Source of the DNA: Thelocarpon superellum
Taxonomy: Eukaryota
Length of the DNA stretch: 51,096 bases
NCBI GenBank assembly: GCA_026025795.1
Contig: JAPEUG010000089.1
Coordinates: forward strand, 1-51,096
Direction: 5' to 3'
The notes beneath the pieces are model-generated. The model saw only the letters and a list, made by a program, of their open reading frames with translations. It made no database searches and was not told where the DNA came from. Made by a program: the position numbers and the translations under genes. Shown here one piece after another: positions 35,305 through 48,319 of the stretch (the first letter of the stretch is position 1; each line of letters starts with the position of its first letter).

Positions 35305-37249
35305 TCAACACGTGCGTGCACCACCCTCATCTGCATTTGGTCAGCCCACAAGCGCAGAGGTCCGAAGGCGTCGGACTCACTTCGAATGATTTTGGCGATG
35401 GCCTGGATCAGGCTGATGCTGAAAACGCACGCGCCAAAGATCACACAGGTGACGGCAGGGATGGTCTTCCAGCTGCGCGAGCTCAGTTTGATGTAGCACA
35501 GCGGAGGAAGGATATAGGCTAGGGCACACGCCGACGTGGCCCCGATCAACTCAAACACGGCCCCGAGATCGCACGTCATGAGCGACAGTGCCATGGCGCT
35601 GACGACGAGCGAGGTGGAGAAGATAAGATGTCGATTCGGATGCCATGGCTCGTCGGGGAAATAGTAGGTCGTCATCACCTCTCGGCATACGAATGCCTCC
35701 AACGGCAGCGTCGTAAGCATATTCAGACCGAAACAGCTGTTGCGCCCGTCGTCAGGGTCGGATTGACTGGCCAAGACCTGATGGACACTCACAATCGAGC
35801 AACATTGACCATGATGTTGTCCGTTGGAAAGTTGTTGAGCACGTTTCCCTTTGTCTTGTCGCCAAAGGTGAGAAATCCCGCCAGTGCCATGGTCAGGCAA
35901 GCAAGCATCGAGATCCCCGTCGAATAATGCGTCACGCGTGCAAATCGATCCATGGTCGGTTTTCGGAGGGATCCGTAGATGAGCAGACTGTTGTGGTCTA
36001 GAAGCCCGCCGTTAGAATCGGGGCGAAAGAAGGCATCGCAGTCTTACGGCAGACAAATGCTGTCCGAGTCAGTTGAGCCTCATCTCGGGCCCGATGCCGA
36101 GTAACGTACCAAATGAAATGACCCCAATCGCTTGGAAAACGCCCGAGTTGACGGTGAGAAGGGGGCCACTAAAGTGCCCGCGAAGATCCGATGAGACACC
36201 GAAGCCTTGCGTGATGATCGTGACCAAAATGATCAGCATGCTGATTAGCGCCAGCGCCGATGCTTTTGCCAGCTGCGCCGGATCAGCACCATCTTAATCG
36301 GCTCAGGAAGGATACTACCTTGGCAATATCTCGATAGAGGGTCAATGGATAAGATACTCCCAGTACAAAGAGAACAATGATTGCCCGTCGGTCGGTGAGC
36401 AGCCAGAGCACGGGTATCGTGGAGAGCGAAGGGAAGAGGGCCACCATGACGTGGGGAATCGTGTCGCCGATGATGATACAAAAGGCCACCATGCCACCAA
36501 AGGCAAACGCCCATTGCGCGACGGAGATGGCAATGAGCCCGGGTCGGCCGAAGCAGTGTTCCATGGTTGATTGAAAGGAGTCGGCGCCGCTCAATTTGGA
36601 GTTGACCACGATCAGGCGAATGGTCCAGTCCACCTGACCCACACGCGTCAGTGGCGTGCATAGCGGACGATGCCAGGGCTTCACCCCGGGCGGGACGGAC
36701 CGTGATGGTCAGGAATATCAGGAGCAGAATCCCCATGGTCAATCCCGCTTGACGGAAGGCGTACGGCTGTCCGATGATGCCCGCCCCAATGATGCTATTC
36801 GCCATGTTCATAAAAGCACTTCGCATCCCACTCTTGGGCCTTGCGCTCTCCAGCAGGTCATGCACGTTGAAATCGAGATTGCCTCCAGCCACAGTGACAC
36901 TCGGCGCCTCGATATCGGTCAACAGAGGCGCCCGGTGACCCATGCTATCTCTCCTGCCCCCGGCGGCATGATGTGACAGGTAGTCCTCCGCGTCCGTCCA
37001 CGCCGCGTCCGTCGACGGAGCGCGGCCGTTGGCGGGGGTCTCATGGGCACCATCAAGCTGGAACGAGGCCGGATGGGGTTCCTGGCTACCGTTGGCCTGG
37101 AAATGTTGCTGGCCGACTTGGCCATCGCCCGGCAGCGTGATGGGGCTGGCGTCGGATGAAGCAGCGGATAAAAAGGAGTGGTTCTCGCTGCCTGCGTCGT
37201 CGTCGTCAGGCTCACCTTGATGCAGGCTTCCTGAGCGGTCGACGGCCAT
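35305..37249 (-). CDS. AVT2: Vacuolar amino-acid transporter (AAAP/SLC38 family, Avt2-like)
   Basis: KSGMRSAFMNMANSIIGAGIIGQPYAF, multiple TM helices and GATSACALAYILPPLCY. Multi-intron; final micro-exon NEGGARTC*. Confidence 0.88.
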
Positions 37250-37382
37250 GGCATCATCTTACACAAGGCACGCTCGGCTCTAGATGCCGCTGGTCCGCTC
37301 TGCACCGCATCGCCAGATGCAGTCTGGCAGCCGCAGTTTCTCATCTTCATCTCATGGTCAACTTGAAGCTATCAAGCTTCGC

Positions 37383-37389
37383 TGACTCA
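37383..37389. promoter_or_regulatory. Gcn4/CpcA-type element upstream of amino-acid transporter
   Basis: GC-TGACTCA-GC about 135 bp upstream of the ATG. Confidence 0.45.
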
Positions 37390-38069
37390 GCACGCGGCTC
37401 GATGTGATTTCTTCCCCCTTCACCCCTCCTCCGTCCACCGCTATGTATGAGGAGCTCGCAGAAGAAGGAAAGTCTTTGCGCGATAATCTCTGAGCTCGGT
37501 TCCCAGCGGGAATTTGCATTGACGATACGGGAGTCGCTGATCGAATTCGAGCCCACCTATTGTCCGATCTCTGCTGCGAGACCTGATATTAGTCTCAGCC
37601 AAAGCGGTACTGTTTAAATGAACATGCGCGAGCTCCGTCGCTTCAAGCTGGGGGAAAGACGAAAGCGGACCGCAACTTCCGTCTCGTATGGTTCATCGTG
37701 GGCTCGTCCTTCTGCTTTATAAAGTTGCTTCTCCCTCCGAAGGACTCTACCATGGAGGTGATACCCGCGAGGCCTGTTTTCTACCTCCTCTCAGGAGCCA
37801 CAACAATCGTGCAGCGTTAGGATACAACGGAATCCTGAACATTTAGCTATGCCACGCCCAATGTGGGCCGATCCGATGTTGAGCCCCATTCGTTCATCGT
37901 AAGGTCGTCGGTTTCAACCTTCTGTCCTTTGCGCAAGACGTCTCGTGCAACGGGGCAAGCGTTCGTTCCAGGCCACTCCGTCGACGCTCGCAGACCTTTC
38001 TTTCCCTTCCTCCAAGAATCTCTCGGCAGTCATCGAAAGGACTGCCTCTTCAACGCAAGCCTATCCAGC

Positions 38070-39263
38070 ATGGCGGCCCGCACCCCCTTGATTATCTCGT
38101 CTTCCATGAATCTTGCCCCGAGTACAGCGGCTCTAGGCCTGGATGAGAAAATGGATCGCGAGACATCGCTGGAGGCAACCCGTCTCCGCTTTCATCTGGG
38201 AATTTATACCGGCAGATCGGATTCCCGAAAGGGATCCATGTACCGAATCGAACCCTTATTCTTCATCGAGCCGATATCTCTCCATCATCCGGTCGCAGCT
38301 TGTTCTCTGACCACATGCGGCGGCAAGATCATGCCGACAGTTGGTGGATATGGATACCGCGTTGCTCTCGCCCCGAGCATGCGAGGCCTTCCCTCTGCCG
38401 GTGCGTGCAGACATCGCGTTCATGTCAGGTGTTGCCGGTGCCGCTGACTGGCTGAGATTGGTCTTGCTAGACTTCTATCATGTCGCATGTTTCGAGCAAA
38501 TCGCCGACTTCACGCATCCAGACGTGGTCGATCGAATCCAGCTCATGACGCGCTTCAGTCCGACAACCTCCGACCACCTTCGAGGTCATGACCTTTGCGA
38601 CGGAGGCACTGAGAGGCTCGTCCTTCAATGGAAGTGGCAACAGGCTCACTGGAGCAAGCAGCAAGCCGGCAAGGCGAGAGATGCCTTGGAACCCGGACTG
38701 GAGAACCTGTTGCTGCGGGCAGGTTCCAGAACCTGTGACAGCGGCGAGGTTCCCTTGCGCAGCGCTCACATGTACTTTCGCTATCTCCTCGACCTTGCTC
38801 CCATCGAGATGAATGACTCGACCGACATGGAGGAGGAGTGGAATCTTTTCAAGGTCTACCTCCCCGACGATGACGACGAGAGGAGTGTGGATGACCGGCA
38901 TCGACTCAGCCGGGCCCTGGATCAGTGGTGCACCGATAGGGTATGCAAGGATGAGATGAGATGCCCTTCTCCTGCGTCTTTTCCGCTCCCAGCGACGCTC
39001 CCGCTTATCCATTGCAGCACAGCTTGGCTGACGAAGACGTGAAGTTGGTCGTGGGAACGCCGTGGGTCTCACGCAGCTTTCGCCACAAACAGTTGAGGAA
39101 GTGGTATGGCGCAGGAGGGTGTCGGGGAATCCAGCGCCTGTCGCACATGCCGAAGCCGAGCATGTCCGAGGACTCACCGGAGATGCAAGCAGCCAGGCAT
39201 GGTCAGTATTTCTCGCCTACAGTTCCATGGGCGTTCACGGGGCGGATGAGAGCACGAACTTGA
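38070..39263 (+). CDS. Hypothetical protein with PARP-type zinc-finger-like motif
   Basis: Exons 38070-38400, 38471-38940 and 39018-39263 join in frame. The splice assembles ACSLTTCGGKI...YRVAL...DFYHVACFE. Confidence 0.65.
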
Positions 39264-39776
39264 GAAGGTCTTTGGCATTCCTCGACCGTCTGTTTCCTGG
39301 ACACTCCGCTGCCTGCGTACCTAGGTAGAGAGAAGCCAGAGATGATCATGGCGGCAGGCTGTAGACTGGAGACGATACATGATGATGCACTCCACTTTCA
39401 CTCTCGCGAGCAGCGATCGGTCACTTGGCTCACGGATGATCTGGACGACCACGAGCCTGCGATTCGGCGGTGTCGAGCACCTTCCCGGCGGGGGGGTGCG
39501 AGAGGACGGCCAGAGTCAGAGCTTTCGTGCTGGTGCTGAGATTGAATCCTTGTCAGACGTGTCTCTACAACCAACTACGACATTGTAGCGGGGGCAGTGG
39601 CAATGCGACATCGCGGAGCGAGAATGCACATAGGATGGCGTTCATGTGGCAATTAGCATTCATAGACTATGTATAGAGCGCACGGCAGCGGTGCGCTACC
39701 GGAACTTGGCCTGGGATATGCCCGGGCACGAGAGTCGGGGTATAGTAGGTACAAAAAGGCGGTGAATGGTACAGGG

Positions 39777-41349
39777 TTACCCGAATAAGACGGGCAGCAT
39801 TATCAAAGTCGCGCACGCTGATAAAAGGTAGTAATGGTGAAGGTCGAATCGTAGAGGTGAAGGAGCTGCGGCGCTCTTGGACGCGCTCGCCGTGCTGCTC
39901 GCCGTGGCAGCTGAAGAGCTGGGCAACTTCGCTCCTGATGATGGTGTCAGTGGATGCACTGGAAGACTGCCCAAATGGCAGAAGTTGGGGAGCAGCTCAC
40001 CGGCCGAAGCCCGGGACGGCGCGGCAGACGGCGCAGACCCCCCGGGTGGAACGAGGGAGCCAGCCGGGGGCGGAGCGGTGGACGAGGGTGAAGATGAGGC
40101 CGCGGAGGCGGGAGCGGAGGAGCTGCTAGCCGCAGCTCCTTTCGCGCCAAAGCCGATCCGGTTCTGGTCAAAGTCGAAGACCGTGTACACATTCTTCAAA
40201 AAGGTGTCACCGAGGAGCCATTGATCTGGACCGAAGGGCTGATGTCCCACGATATACGTGTAGCAGAAGCCGCCGCTGGTCGCGGGACCGAGGTAGTCCT
40301 TGGGGGAGACGTTGAAGGTCGTGCCGGAGAAGGTGAATTGGATGGGTTGGGTGGAGGAACACGGGACCTCGAAGGTCTCGTTGTCCTGTTGATACTTTGG
40401 GAATTGCGAGTGAAGTTGCTTGGCGTCATCCGGAGGCATGAGGACGTACGACGTGCCGGTGTCGATGATGGCGGATTTGCCCTTGAACTTGGCCGCCTGG
40501 CCGCCGACACCGGCATCATCGGCTGCAATCTCCCAGAGCCCGTTCGTGGCGACGGTGTTGGTCCACGTGAGGGGGCCGGTGAACTTGGATTGATCCCACG
40601 CGCCGAAGTTGATCTCGCCATCCGTCGCTCCATCCGACGCCCGCTCGAGATTCACGCCGATCACGTTCGCCTTCAGCTTGTTCTGGCCAGCGATGACCGT
40701 CATAATGGTCGGCAGGTTGGCTTCGGCCGGGTCCGGTCGGGCCAAGCCGAAGATACCGTCCATGGTGTACCCGAGGAAGTCGTCCGACACTTGTGACGCG
40801 GATCCGAAGGAAAGTGGGATGTTGAAGCCAGCGAACGAGATGGTGTCATTTACCACTTGACCATTGACAGAACCCTTGCCATACGTCACGTTCCACGGCT
40901 GTCCCGTGGTGGCGAACGTCGACGATTCGCTGGCTCCGAAGGTAGTGTGAGCCGCGCAGGCTTTGCTCGTGCAATCGGAGCCCATGATCCACGTGTTGGC
41001 CGCCTATCGCGACCGTCAGTCATCTTGAGCCTGCAAACAATGGGAGAGGGGAGGAAGAGAAAATGCATACCCCGGTGTCGAGGAGCATGTGCAGGGGCGT
41101 GCCACTGGACCCGAACTTGGCCGTCGAGAAATAAGAGATGTCCGCTCCATCCTCATCGACGGCCGCACTGTTTGGCAGCGTTGGCTGTGCGGACGCGTAG
41201 ATCTTGTAGTTATTCGTGCGGCGTACGACCCGACTTCGGAGCCGGTTATTGGAGCCCGAGTCCGACCCGGCGTTCAGGTGGTAGGGATAAAAGGCTGACA
41301 CGCATGCTGAACCGAATGCCAACGCCAGGAGCCCGTGGCGAAAGAGCAT
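39777..41349 (-). CDS. ctsD: Secreted, probably GPI-anchored pepsin-like aspartic endopeptidase (CtsD-like)
   Basis: Signal peptide; catalytic LLDTG|AANTW (intron 41004-41070) and AIIDTGTS; LLGDTFLKNVYTVFD; Ser/Ala tail with a hydrophobic C-terminus. Probable intron 39935-40000. Confidence 0.88.
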
Positions 41350-42651
41350 GGTCCGAAGCGCTCCCGAGAGGCAATCATGTATCGGACAGGGACGGGCCGC
41401 CGGCCAGGAAGGGAAGGGGCTCCTAACGGACGAGGGGAGACATGTACCGGGGCGAAGGGTCGACCAGAGGAGGCGGGCGATGATTCAGGACGCGGTGAGT
41501 CGTCTGAATCTGCCCACGCAGGTCGAGGCCGGTCGGGAGTGGGGGGGAGGGAGGGTAATTATTGGGAGGACGAGCGATGACACCGTCCCAGCATTAGATC
41601 AATCGGACGGGGTACCAGACGCCGCCGTGGTCAGGAGGAGAGGGACAGATTACGGGGGTGGAGCAGCGGTCGGACGACGTGGACTCGGTATGGGAAAGGG
41701 CCTAGGTCCGGTTCTCGCACGGGCAGCAGGTCCAGGGCGAGAAACAGAAACGACAGACGGAGAAGCGACGGAAGCAAACGAATGGACGAGAAGAAATCCT
41801 CACTCGTATGTCATGAAATCGACACCAACGAGACCTAGACGTGGCGGACGGAGATGGCGGAGAGGAAAGGAGAGGTAGGGGTGGAACGGCGTTGATGTTC
41901 GGGCGGGTGGGTTTGTGTTCGAACGGGCCGAATGTGGCATGAGGGCGGATTCCGCCAAACGAAGCAGGGCGTACGAGTAGTGTCTCGGCCAGAGCTCATA
42001 CGCCAGACTTGGCATCGTCTTGCGATCTACTGCTCTTTCTCACTGCGGGCCCAGGTACTCGGCGGCCGTACGAGAGCACGAGGGCCACTCCGTCCTCGTA
42101 CTCCCACCCGTAATACTCGGGCGAACGCTCGTACCGCGGCGGCAGAGCCACGTCCACTTTCCCTTGGTTTGCTTAGATTTCCTTGGCGAGCGACTCGTTC
42201 CTGTACCTCTACTCGGGCATGTGATAAGCGATCCCTTTTGTGCAGTGTCGCTCGGCGTCGACCCCTGCGGCCAAGATCTGGCTGGGCCAATGATGGGGGC
42301 GGCTGAGCAGCCACTGTTGATCGCGCTCGGGTCGCTTCCGCCGCACCAATCGGCGACAACCTGGCGTCGGCGGGTGGAGGCCCGTTGATCTGCTACGCTC
42401 CAAGCCGCCGGCACGAGGCCGCGTGTGAGTGGTGCAATGGCTGTCATCGGGCTGAAACGCAACGACTTGGGGCAAATTACTCCATCGCTTGAAACGGGGG
42501 TCCCTTTCCCCACGGGTGATGTGGTTCCAAACCAAGAACGAAAGTGTCCGACCTCCCTCTGAGAGCAGCGATGGGAGGATCGTCAACGCCGTCACGGACC
42601 TCACCTGTCAGACCAGCATGCGACGGAAGGAGTACCACACGATTTTTTTCC

Positions 42652-42684
42652 GCGTAGCTCTGCGTAGCTCTGCGTAGCTCTGCG
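42652..42684. repeat. (GCGTAGCTCT)x3 tandem repeat
   Basis: Three exact 10-mers plus a partial copy. Confidence 0.9.
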
Positions 42685-45084
42685 AGTGCTTTAGTATGAC
42701 GGAAATTTCCTCCGGATCCGTTCCGTCTGCTTTTGCGTCGGTACCATTGTCGTGGCGTTGGCAGCGTTGACAGCTGCCGCTCCCCGTTGCCCTCCAGGCC
42801 TGGAGCTTCTCTCTTCCCGGCGTGACCATCTTCACCCACGTCCCCATTCACGGCGTATCACCACATACGGATTCACTGAACAATGCCCGTGCCCGCGGCT
42901 GCATCGTCCATGGGCGCCTCATTGCCAAGTTAGTCCCCCTCCCCAAGGGCGTACGCGTGGTGCTCGAGAACGGGCCAGAGGTGGAGGTGGCCTTCCCGGC
43001 CAATCGACCACAACCGCAGCCAGCATTGAGACATCTCGTCGAGCAGCTGGATGTCCCACGGCCATCGTCTCCAACATGGGCGAGAATAACGCACGCAACG
43101 AACCATATAGCGAGAGCGGCGCCAGGGCAGTCCTCATCGCTGGTGATGCCGGAGCCCTTGTCAACATTGTCGTTAAGGCCATGAATTCCGGTATCATGGC
43201 TGCCGCAGGCGCATATCCAACTTTGCGACGAAGAGTGGCAACGAGCCTTGCAGCAGTCCAATCAGCATAAGGCCGAGAAAGCTGAGGCTAGAGACGGCGT
43301 GTATGATGTCTCTGCTCTTTCATCGAGACAATCGTCCATACAGCCCGAGCAAAGCATCTCATCAAAATTGTTTGCACACCTATGTCTGGCTTGGATTGAT
43401 GGGTGCGCCCCACCATAGATTATCTAGCAAAGTACAAAATAAAGAGGGAGCGCTCCATGGTAGACCATCCTGCAATATTAGACTTGGAGGGGATGCTCCT
43501 TGCTCGCTCTCCAAGTGTCTGTAGCCCTTTGTCCGCTGGTGTTAAGCCGACTTCCTCATCCGGTCATTTCTGCATTACCCCTCCCGTACGGCAACAGGAC
43601 AAATGGAGTGGTTTCAGGTTTCACTTGATAATACAGTGGACGTCAACCTAAGATACAGAAGCGTTTCGCAAACAGTGGTTACCGTTGAAACGGAGATGGG
43701 ATGGTCTCCGTGAGACGCCACTCATGCCCAGGCGTTTCGTCGCCATTAGCGCTGACGTGATCACCAGATTCATCTAGTCGTAGTAGCGGACTTTGAACGA
43801 AATCAACTGACTATTGCGGGGCCAACTCCCAAGCGTCTACGCTCGTATTCAGGTCAGTCAGTCTGATACACTCTCGGCTTGGTTAGGGAGACGCTCGCTC
43901 CTCTTGGTCAGGAGATATTGCGGAGCGGCGTGAGCTCGGACTGGGGACGAATCGGAGGCAGGATGTCTGTGGAGGTGGGGAAGATCGAGCGAACACGAGC
44001 TACGAATTACCGGTCATAATTGAGAAGGTCCGATTCTCTCAATGAACGCACTCCTGCAGGCAACCTTTGGACGGATAGCATGATGACGATGACGACGAAA
44101 CCCACGGCGATGATCAAGACAATTGCGATAACCGCATGAGCTTTCGTTTCGAAACAGCACGTCACCAAGGTCACAGGTTGAAGTGATGCAGTGTCAAGCC
44201 ATCAGGAACGTCTCATGGAGCATGAAGAGCACTAACAAATGGGGCGATGGAGCTTCATGATCAAGGCGCTCGACACGTCGTGTCAACAAGGCATTCCAGA
44301 GACTGCGAAATGCCGGGGTTAAGCAAAGAGTGGGAGGGCAAGACGCACGGACCATACTGGGTGCCGATGTCGCTCGGCAGGGGTTCGTGTACAGGTACGA
44401 GTACGAGTACTGAGTTACGGCACTTGGGTCGGATCCCTGGGGCTTCCTTTCTGCCCGCCGCTCCCTGGCGCGCCAACGTCTCATTGACTTTTGTTGAGAG
44501 CTTATCGGCCGATGACACGCCACCTCGCCCCGCCATTCGTGCATGGACGGCGAAAGGTACCCCAACATCGGTCGTGGAGATGTGGAGCACGCTGCAAAAG
44601 GCAGCACCCAGAACGGCACCCGTGCACGTTGGAAAGTCTTGTCGAATGTACGAGTACTCGGCGTTTCGCACTCGTGCTTCTAAAAGTAGCTCGGCCGCGT
44701 CCAACTATGTGTGCACCGTTTGCACCCATCGAACCGGGGTCGCCAAGAGCAGCCTCATACCTGTACATGGAATGGTTGAGGAGGTTCTCGTAGCATACGT
44801 TGGCGTAATACAGGAATTTCAGGCCTGGTGATCCCATCCGTCCCCTCACCTCCCTCGAATCTTCTAGTCTGTCTCCATTACCTCCATTCGCCCCGCACAT
44901 GAGATGACTCTCGTCCTCCCCGACAATTCACTACACTTGTAGCTCTGATCTCAGGAGGTGCTTGCAGGTCGGGATCCGTCGGGGTGCTAGCTCGCCCTAC
45001 GTCAGCGCCTCCTCAACCACGCGAACGGGCACAGTGGTACCGAAGATACAGCACGCCTCACCATCAACACCAAACATACCAATA

Positions 45085-45956
45085 ATGCCATTCCAATCCA
45101 AGCCGACCATTCAGAGAGCCCTGCTGGATATTCGATCCCGCTTGCGTGGCCGGTCGGGGTCGAAATGGCTGGCTGCCCGCTCGCTGCAACTCGAGGTCGG
45201 TACCGCGTCGTCAGGTATCAAACGCGAGCCTTGTGAGCCTTCGTTGACAGACCAACTGTGGGTTTCTAGGTCAAGGGCAGTCTTGCGCGCAGCTATGGCA
45301 GTGCATCGGCTGTAATTCGAGCTTCATCAGGTTATGGCTTACGGCCAAACAGGTACGTATGCGCACCAAAGAAAGGAGAAGGCCTCCCGAAGCAGGCGAC
45401 CACCGCATCGTGCCCAGCAACAGTCGCTAACCGCAGGGGGTCGGCCCCTGTCCCCCGCAGCTCCCCGACGCCACGATTCCATAACCGACGTACGTTCAGC
45501 CAGAGCTCCATGCTCGCGACCCGCAACGATACATCCACGATCGATTACGCGTACATGCCCGAGCCGCCAGCACCCCCAACGCCGCGTGAATGGATTGCGG
45601 TGCCCTTTTTGCCGGACAACTTTGCGCCGATGCGGGATCCTGGGGCGGCCGAGGTGATGGATACGGCGGTCATGCGGCCTCAGATTTCGACGGCGGCCCT
45701 GGAATCCACGCACGTCCATGCTCCGTCGGCCATGTCAGAAGTCACGGACAATGCGGCGATGAAGATCGATCCCTACGAGTTGACCAAGACGGTGAATGGG
45801 GCGGCGGCGGAGGCTTTGAGTAAGCTCCAGGGAAAGGGAGCCGCCACATTGCGGGCCATCAAGGATGGCGACGAGGAGCCAAGTGTCTTCAAGGAGATCT
45901 GGGACGGGTTCCTGGATGATTTGCTGGGTACTCGTGCCAAAGCTAGGAGTGCGTGA
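45085..45956 (+). CDS. Conserved fungal hypothetical protein, possibly mitochondrial
   Basis: DTSTIDYAYMP...VPFLPDNF...APSAMSEVTDN...IWDGFLDDLLG. Basic N-terminal exons join via introns at ~45196-45269 and 45353-45436. Confidence 0.7.
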
Positions 45957-46065
45957 GTTTCGAGCGAGCGAGCGAGCGGGCGAGCGGGCGGGCATGGCTT
46001 ATCCTTTCCCAATGACTTGGATCGATCGACAGCATGATTCTCTTGCGATGTATTACCTAACGAGT

Positions 46066-47311
46066 CTATCTGCCGCCGGGGACTTTCAAGAGCGCCCCTC
46101 CATCAACCGCGATGATCTCGCCATTGACGTACATGTTCCGCGCCAGAAAGATCTTAGAACCGTCAGTAGAACCCCGATAAGGCGTGTGGAGGACGTACCA
46201 CTGCCTGCGCCATCTCTTGATCACTGCCAGCCCGACCGGCCGGAACATGGCCCTTCTCCTGCACCTTTTCCTTTGGGAGGTGGCTCTTTTGCTTCTCGTC
46301 GCTCTCTTTGGTCGTCATCTCGCTCGGGAAATAGCCGGGTGCAATGCTGTTGACGCGAATCGAGGACTTTTCGAACTCCGCGCTCATCAGCTTGGACAGA
46401 TGCACCGTTGCCCCCTTGGCCGCGTTATATGCGAAGTGGCCTTGCGAATGCGCCATGATGCCGGACATGGATGAGATGACGATCACCGACGCGGAATGAC
46501 CCGTAGATCGTGAGGTGCCAGCCTGGAGCAGGGGGAGGAAGGCAACGCTGCAGCGACGGTGCGATTAGCAACGGACGAGTGAGGAGGTCCTGGGAATGGC
46601 TCACGTAGTAAAGTAGACTGCTGAGACGTTGGTATTGAACACGTCGCTGGTCGGTTATATTAGAGCGCTCCGCCAAATACGTCCCAGTGAGCCTACCTCC
46701 ATTGCCCGAATTCCTCGCTGCTCCACAGCTTGTCCTTCAGCGCCTGTCCATGAGCCTCGTCGGGCTCGGCTTTAGGGCCGGCGATACCGGCATTGGCAAC
46801 TGTCACTCTTTGTCAGGTATCGAACTGGCCAAATAACGTCTCAGACGAACTCAGAAGGTCAATGTGCTTCTCTTTCGAGCCAATCTCCTGGACGATTCGG
46901 TCTAGGTCGTCCTTCTTTGTCACGTCACACGGGCCGACTCTGCCATTGATCTGCTTCAGGACTGCGTCAACTCGGGAGGGTTCATCGCTCACGGTATGAT
47001 TGCGCCGTTCTGTCCAGGGTGATGTGTTTGAGCAGCATTGTGTAGCGCTTCCATGCCTATTTTCTCATCAGCGATAGGAATTGTGCGAGGCCAACAACAA
47101 TGTCGTACGTCGACCTGTGATGTAGACCTTTGCACCTTCGCAGAATCTACGTCAGCGGTGATCATTGACTCCTCGGGCCAGGAAATTCACCGTTGGCAGC
47201 GAGTGCCTGAGCCGCCATCAACCCAATTCCCGTCCCTCCGCCAGTGACCACGCAGACGTAGTCCTGGACCGAGAAGATGTGCTCGACTCTGAGATCATGC
47301 GTGGACGCCAT
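46066..47311 (-). CDS. Short-chain dehydrogenase/reductase
   Basis: VVTGGGTGIG, ANAGI, ISSMSG, YNAAK and IRVNSIAPGYFPSEMT; many short introns. Confidence 0.92.
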
Positions 47312-47589
47312 GGTGACAGGTTTGCTCGACCAATGTGACTGGAGACCGTGATAGTTTTCCGGCCGAGATGCGAGGCCTTTCTCGAGCTCTTCAGAATCTG
47401 TTGTCGTGGCAAACTTCCATAGGGATGTGAACTTTGTATGATGTCTCGACGCGAAAATACGTCATTTGCCAAAGGAAGCGGCCGGTGTACGAGTACGGTG
47501 GATGACGTGGGGACGTTCGCCCCACCAAACACGAATTAGCCGTTGACGAAATAACTTCAAAGCCGTGCGCACATGCACCATGGCCCTAA

Positions 47590-48168
47590 TCATCGTCGAG
47601 CATTCAAGGCTTGCATATCTTCGATATTTCCCTCGCCATCTCCACGATCGTGAGGGGCATAGTGATGCATAGCTTGTTCAGCGGGCGTCCCATTTGTCGA
47701 TCGCGATAATTCTGGGCCGCTGTCGCCCAGATGTCGGTCGATGATCTTGAACTTGGCCTGTGCACGTTTCAGACGATCATCAAAGTGGGACACTGAGTCC
47801 TCGGAGTTTTCGATGCTGAGCGTGGCCGGCGTCACCATGGCTTGCACGCTGGTGAGATGTCGCTCGAGACGGGATCGTGCTGGCAGCGGCTGTAGCGACG
47901 CCAGCCCCTCCAAGCTCGGCCGATGCACGAGAGAGTCTTCCGCAGAAGGCGTCGTCACCTCCGCCTTGCGACAGAGCCTTGCAGCAAGGATGTCACTCCG
48001 ACCGTGCAGTCGGCCCATGATCAGGTACTTCTCAAACCCTTTCTCCAATCCAAAGGCACGGCCCTCGCGGTGCCCTGCCTGCGATCCATCTTCGATCCCG
48101 AGCTGGTATCCCTCGCTGTAGAGCGTATCTTCCAAGGCAAGCAGGGTCTCGAACGGATCGCTTGCCAT
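47590..48168 (-). CDS. LTO1: Lto1/ORAOV1-family (Yae1_N domain) Fe-S maturation adaptor
   Basis: DPFETLLALEDTLYSEGYQLGIEDGSQAGHREGRAFGLEKGFEKY, with the repeated GxxxG pattern of the family. Confidence 0.8.
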   Translation of the reverse strand: MASDPFETLLALEDTLYSEGYQLGIEDGSQAGHREGRAFGLEKGFEKYLIMGRLHGRSDILAARLCRKAEVTTPSAEDSLVHRPSLEGLASLQPLPARSRLERHLTSVQAMVTPATLSIENSEDSVSHFDDRLKRAQAKFKIIDRHLGDSGPELSRSTNGTPAEQAMHHYAPHDRGDGEGNIEDMQALNARR

Positions 48169-48312
48169 TCCTGCCGAGAAGCTCGCGTCCGCATGCATCT
48201 GGTTGGCGAAGATCTGACCAGGGCTGGGGCAAGGGCTATTCTCTGTTCATCGGCGGTACTCGTTCGAGCAACGTCCGAGCGCGCCTGTAGAAAAGATACT
48301 CGGCTGCGCCCG

Positions 48313-48319
48313 TGACTCA
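48313..48319. promoter_or_regulatory. Gcn4/CpcA element in the LTO1/MES1 divergent promoter
   Basis: Exact TGACTCA about 135 bp upstream of the MetRS ATG. Confidence 0.5.

Noticed and set aside
29063..47311. Secondary-metabolite cluster (cupin, aconitase, transporter, SDR)
   Set aside because: No PKS, NRPS or terpene backbone gene and no cluster regulator; the genes are interleaved with core genes.
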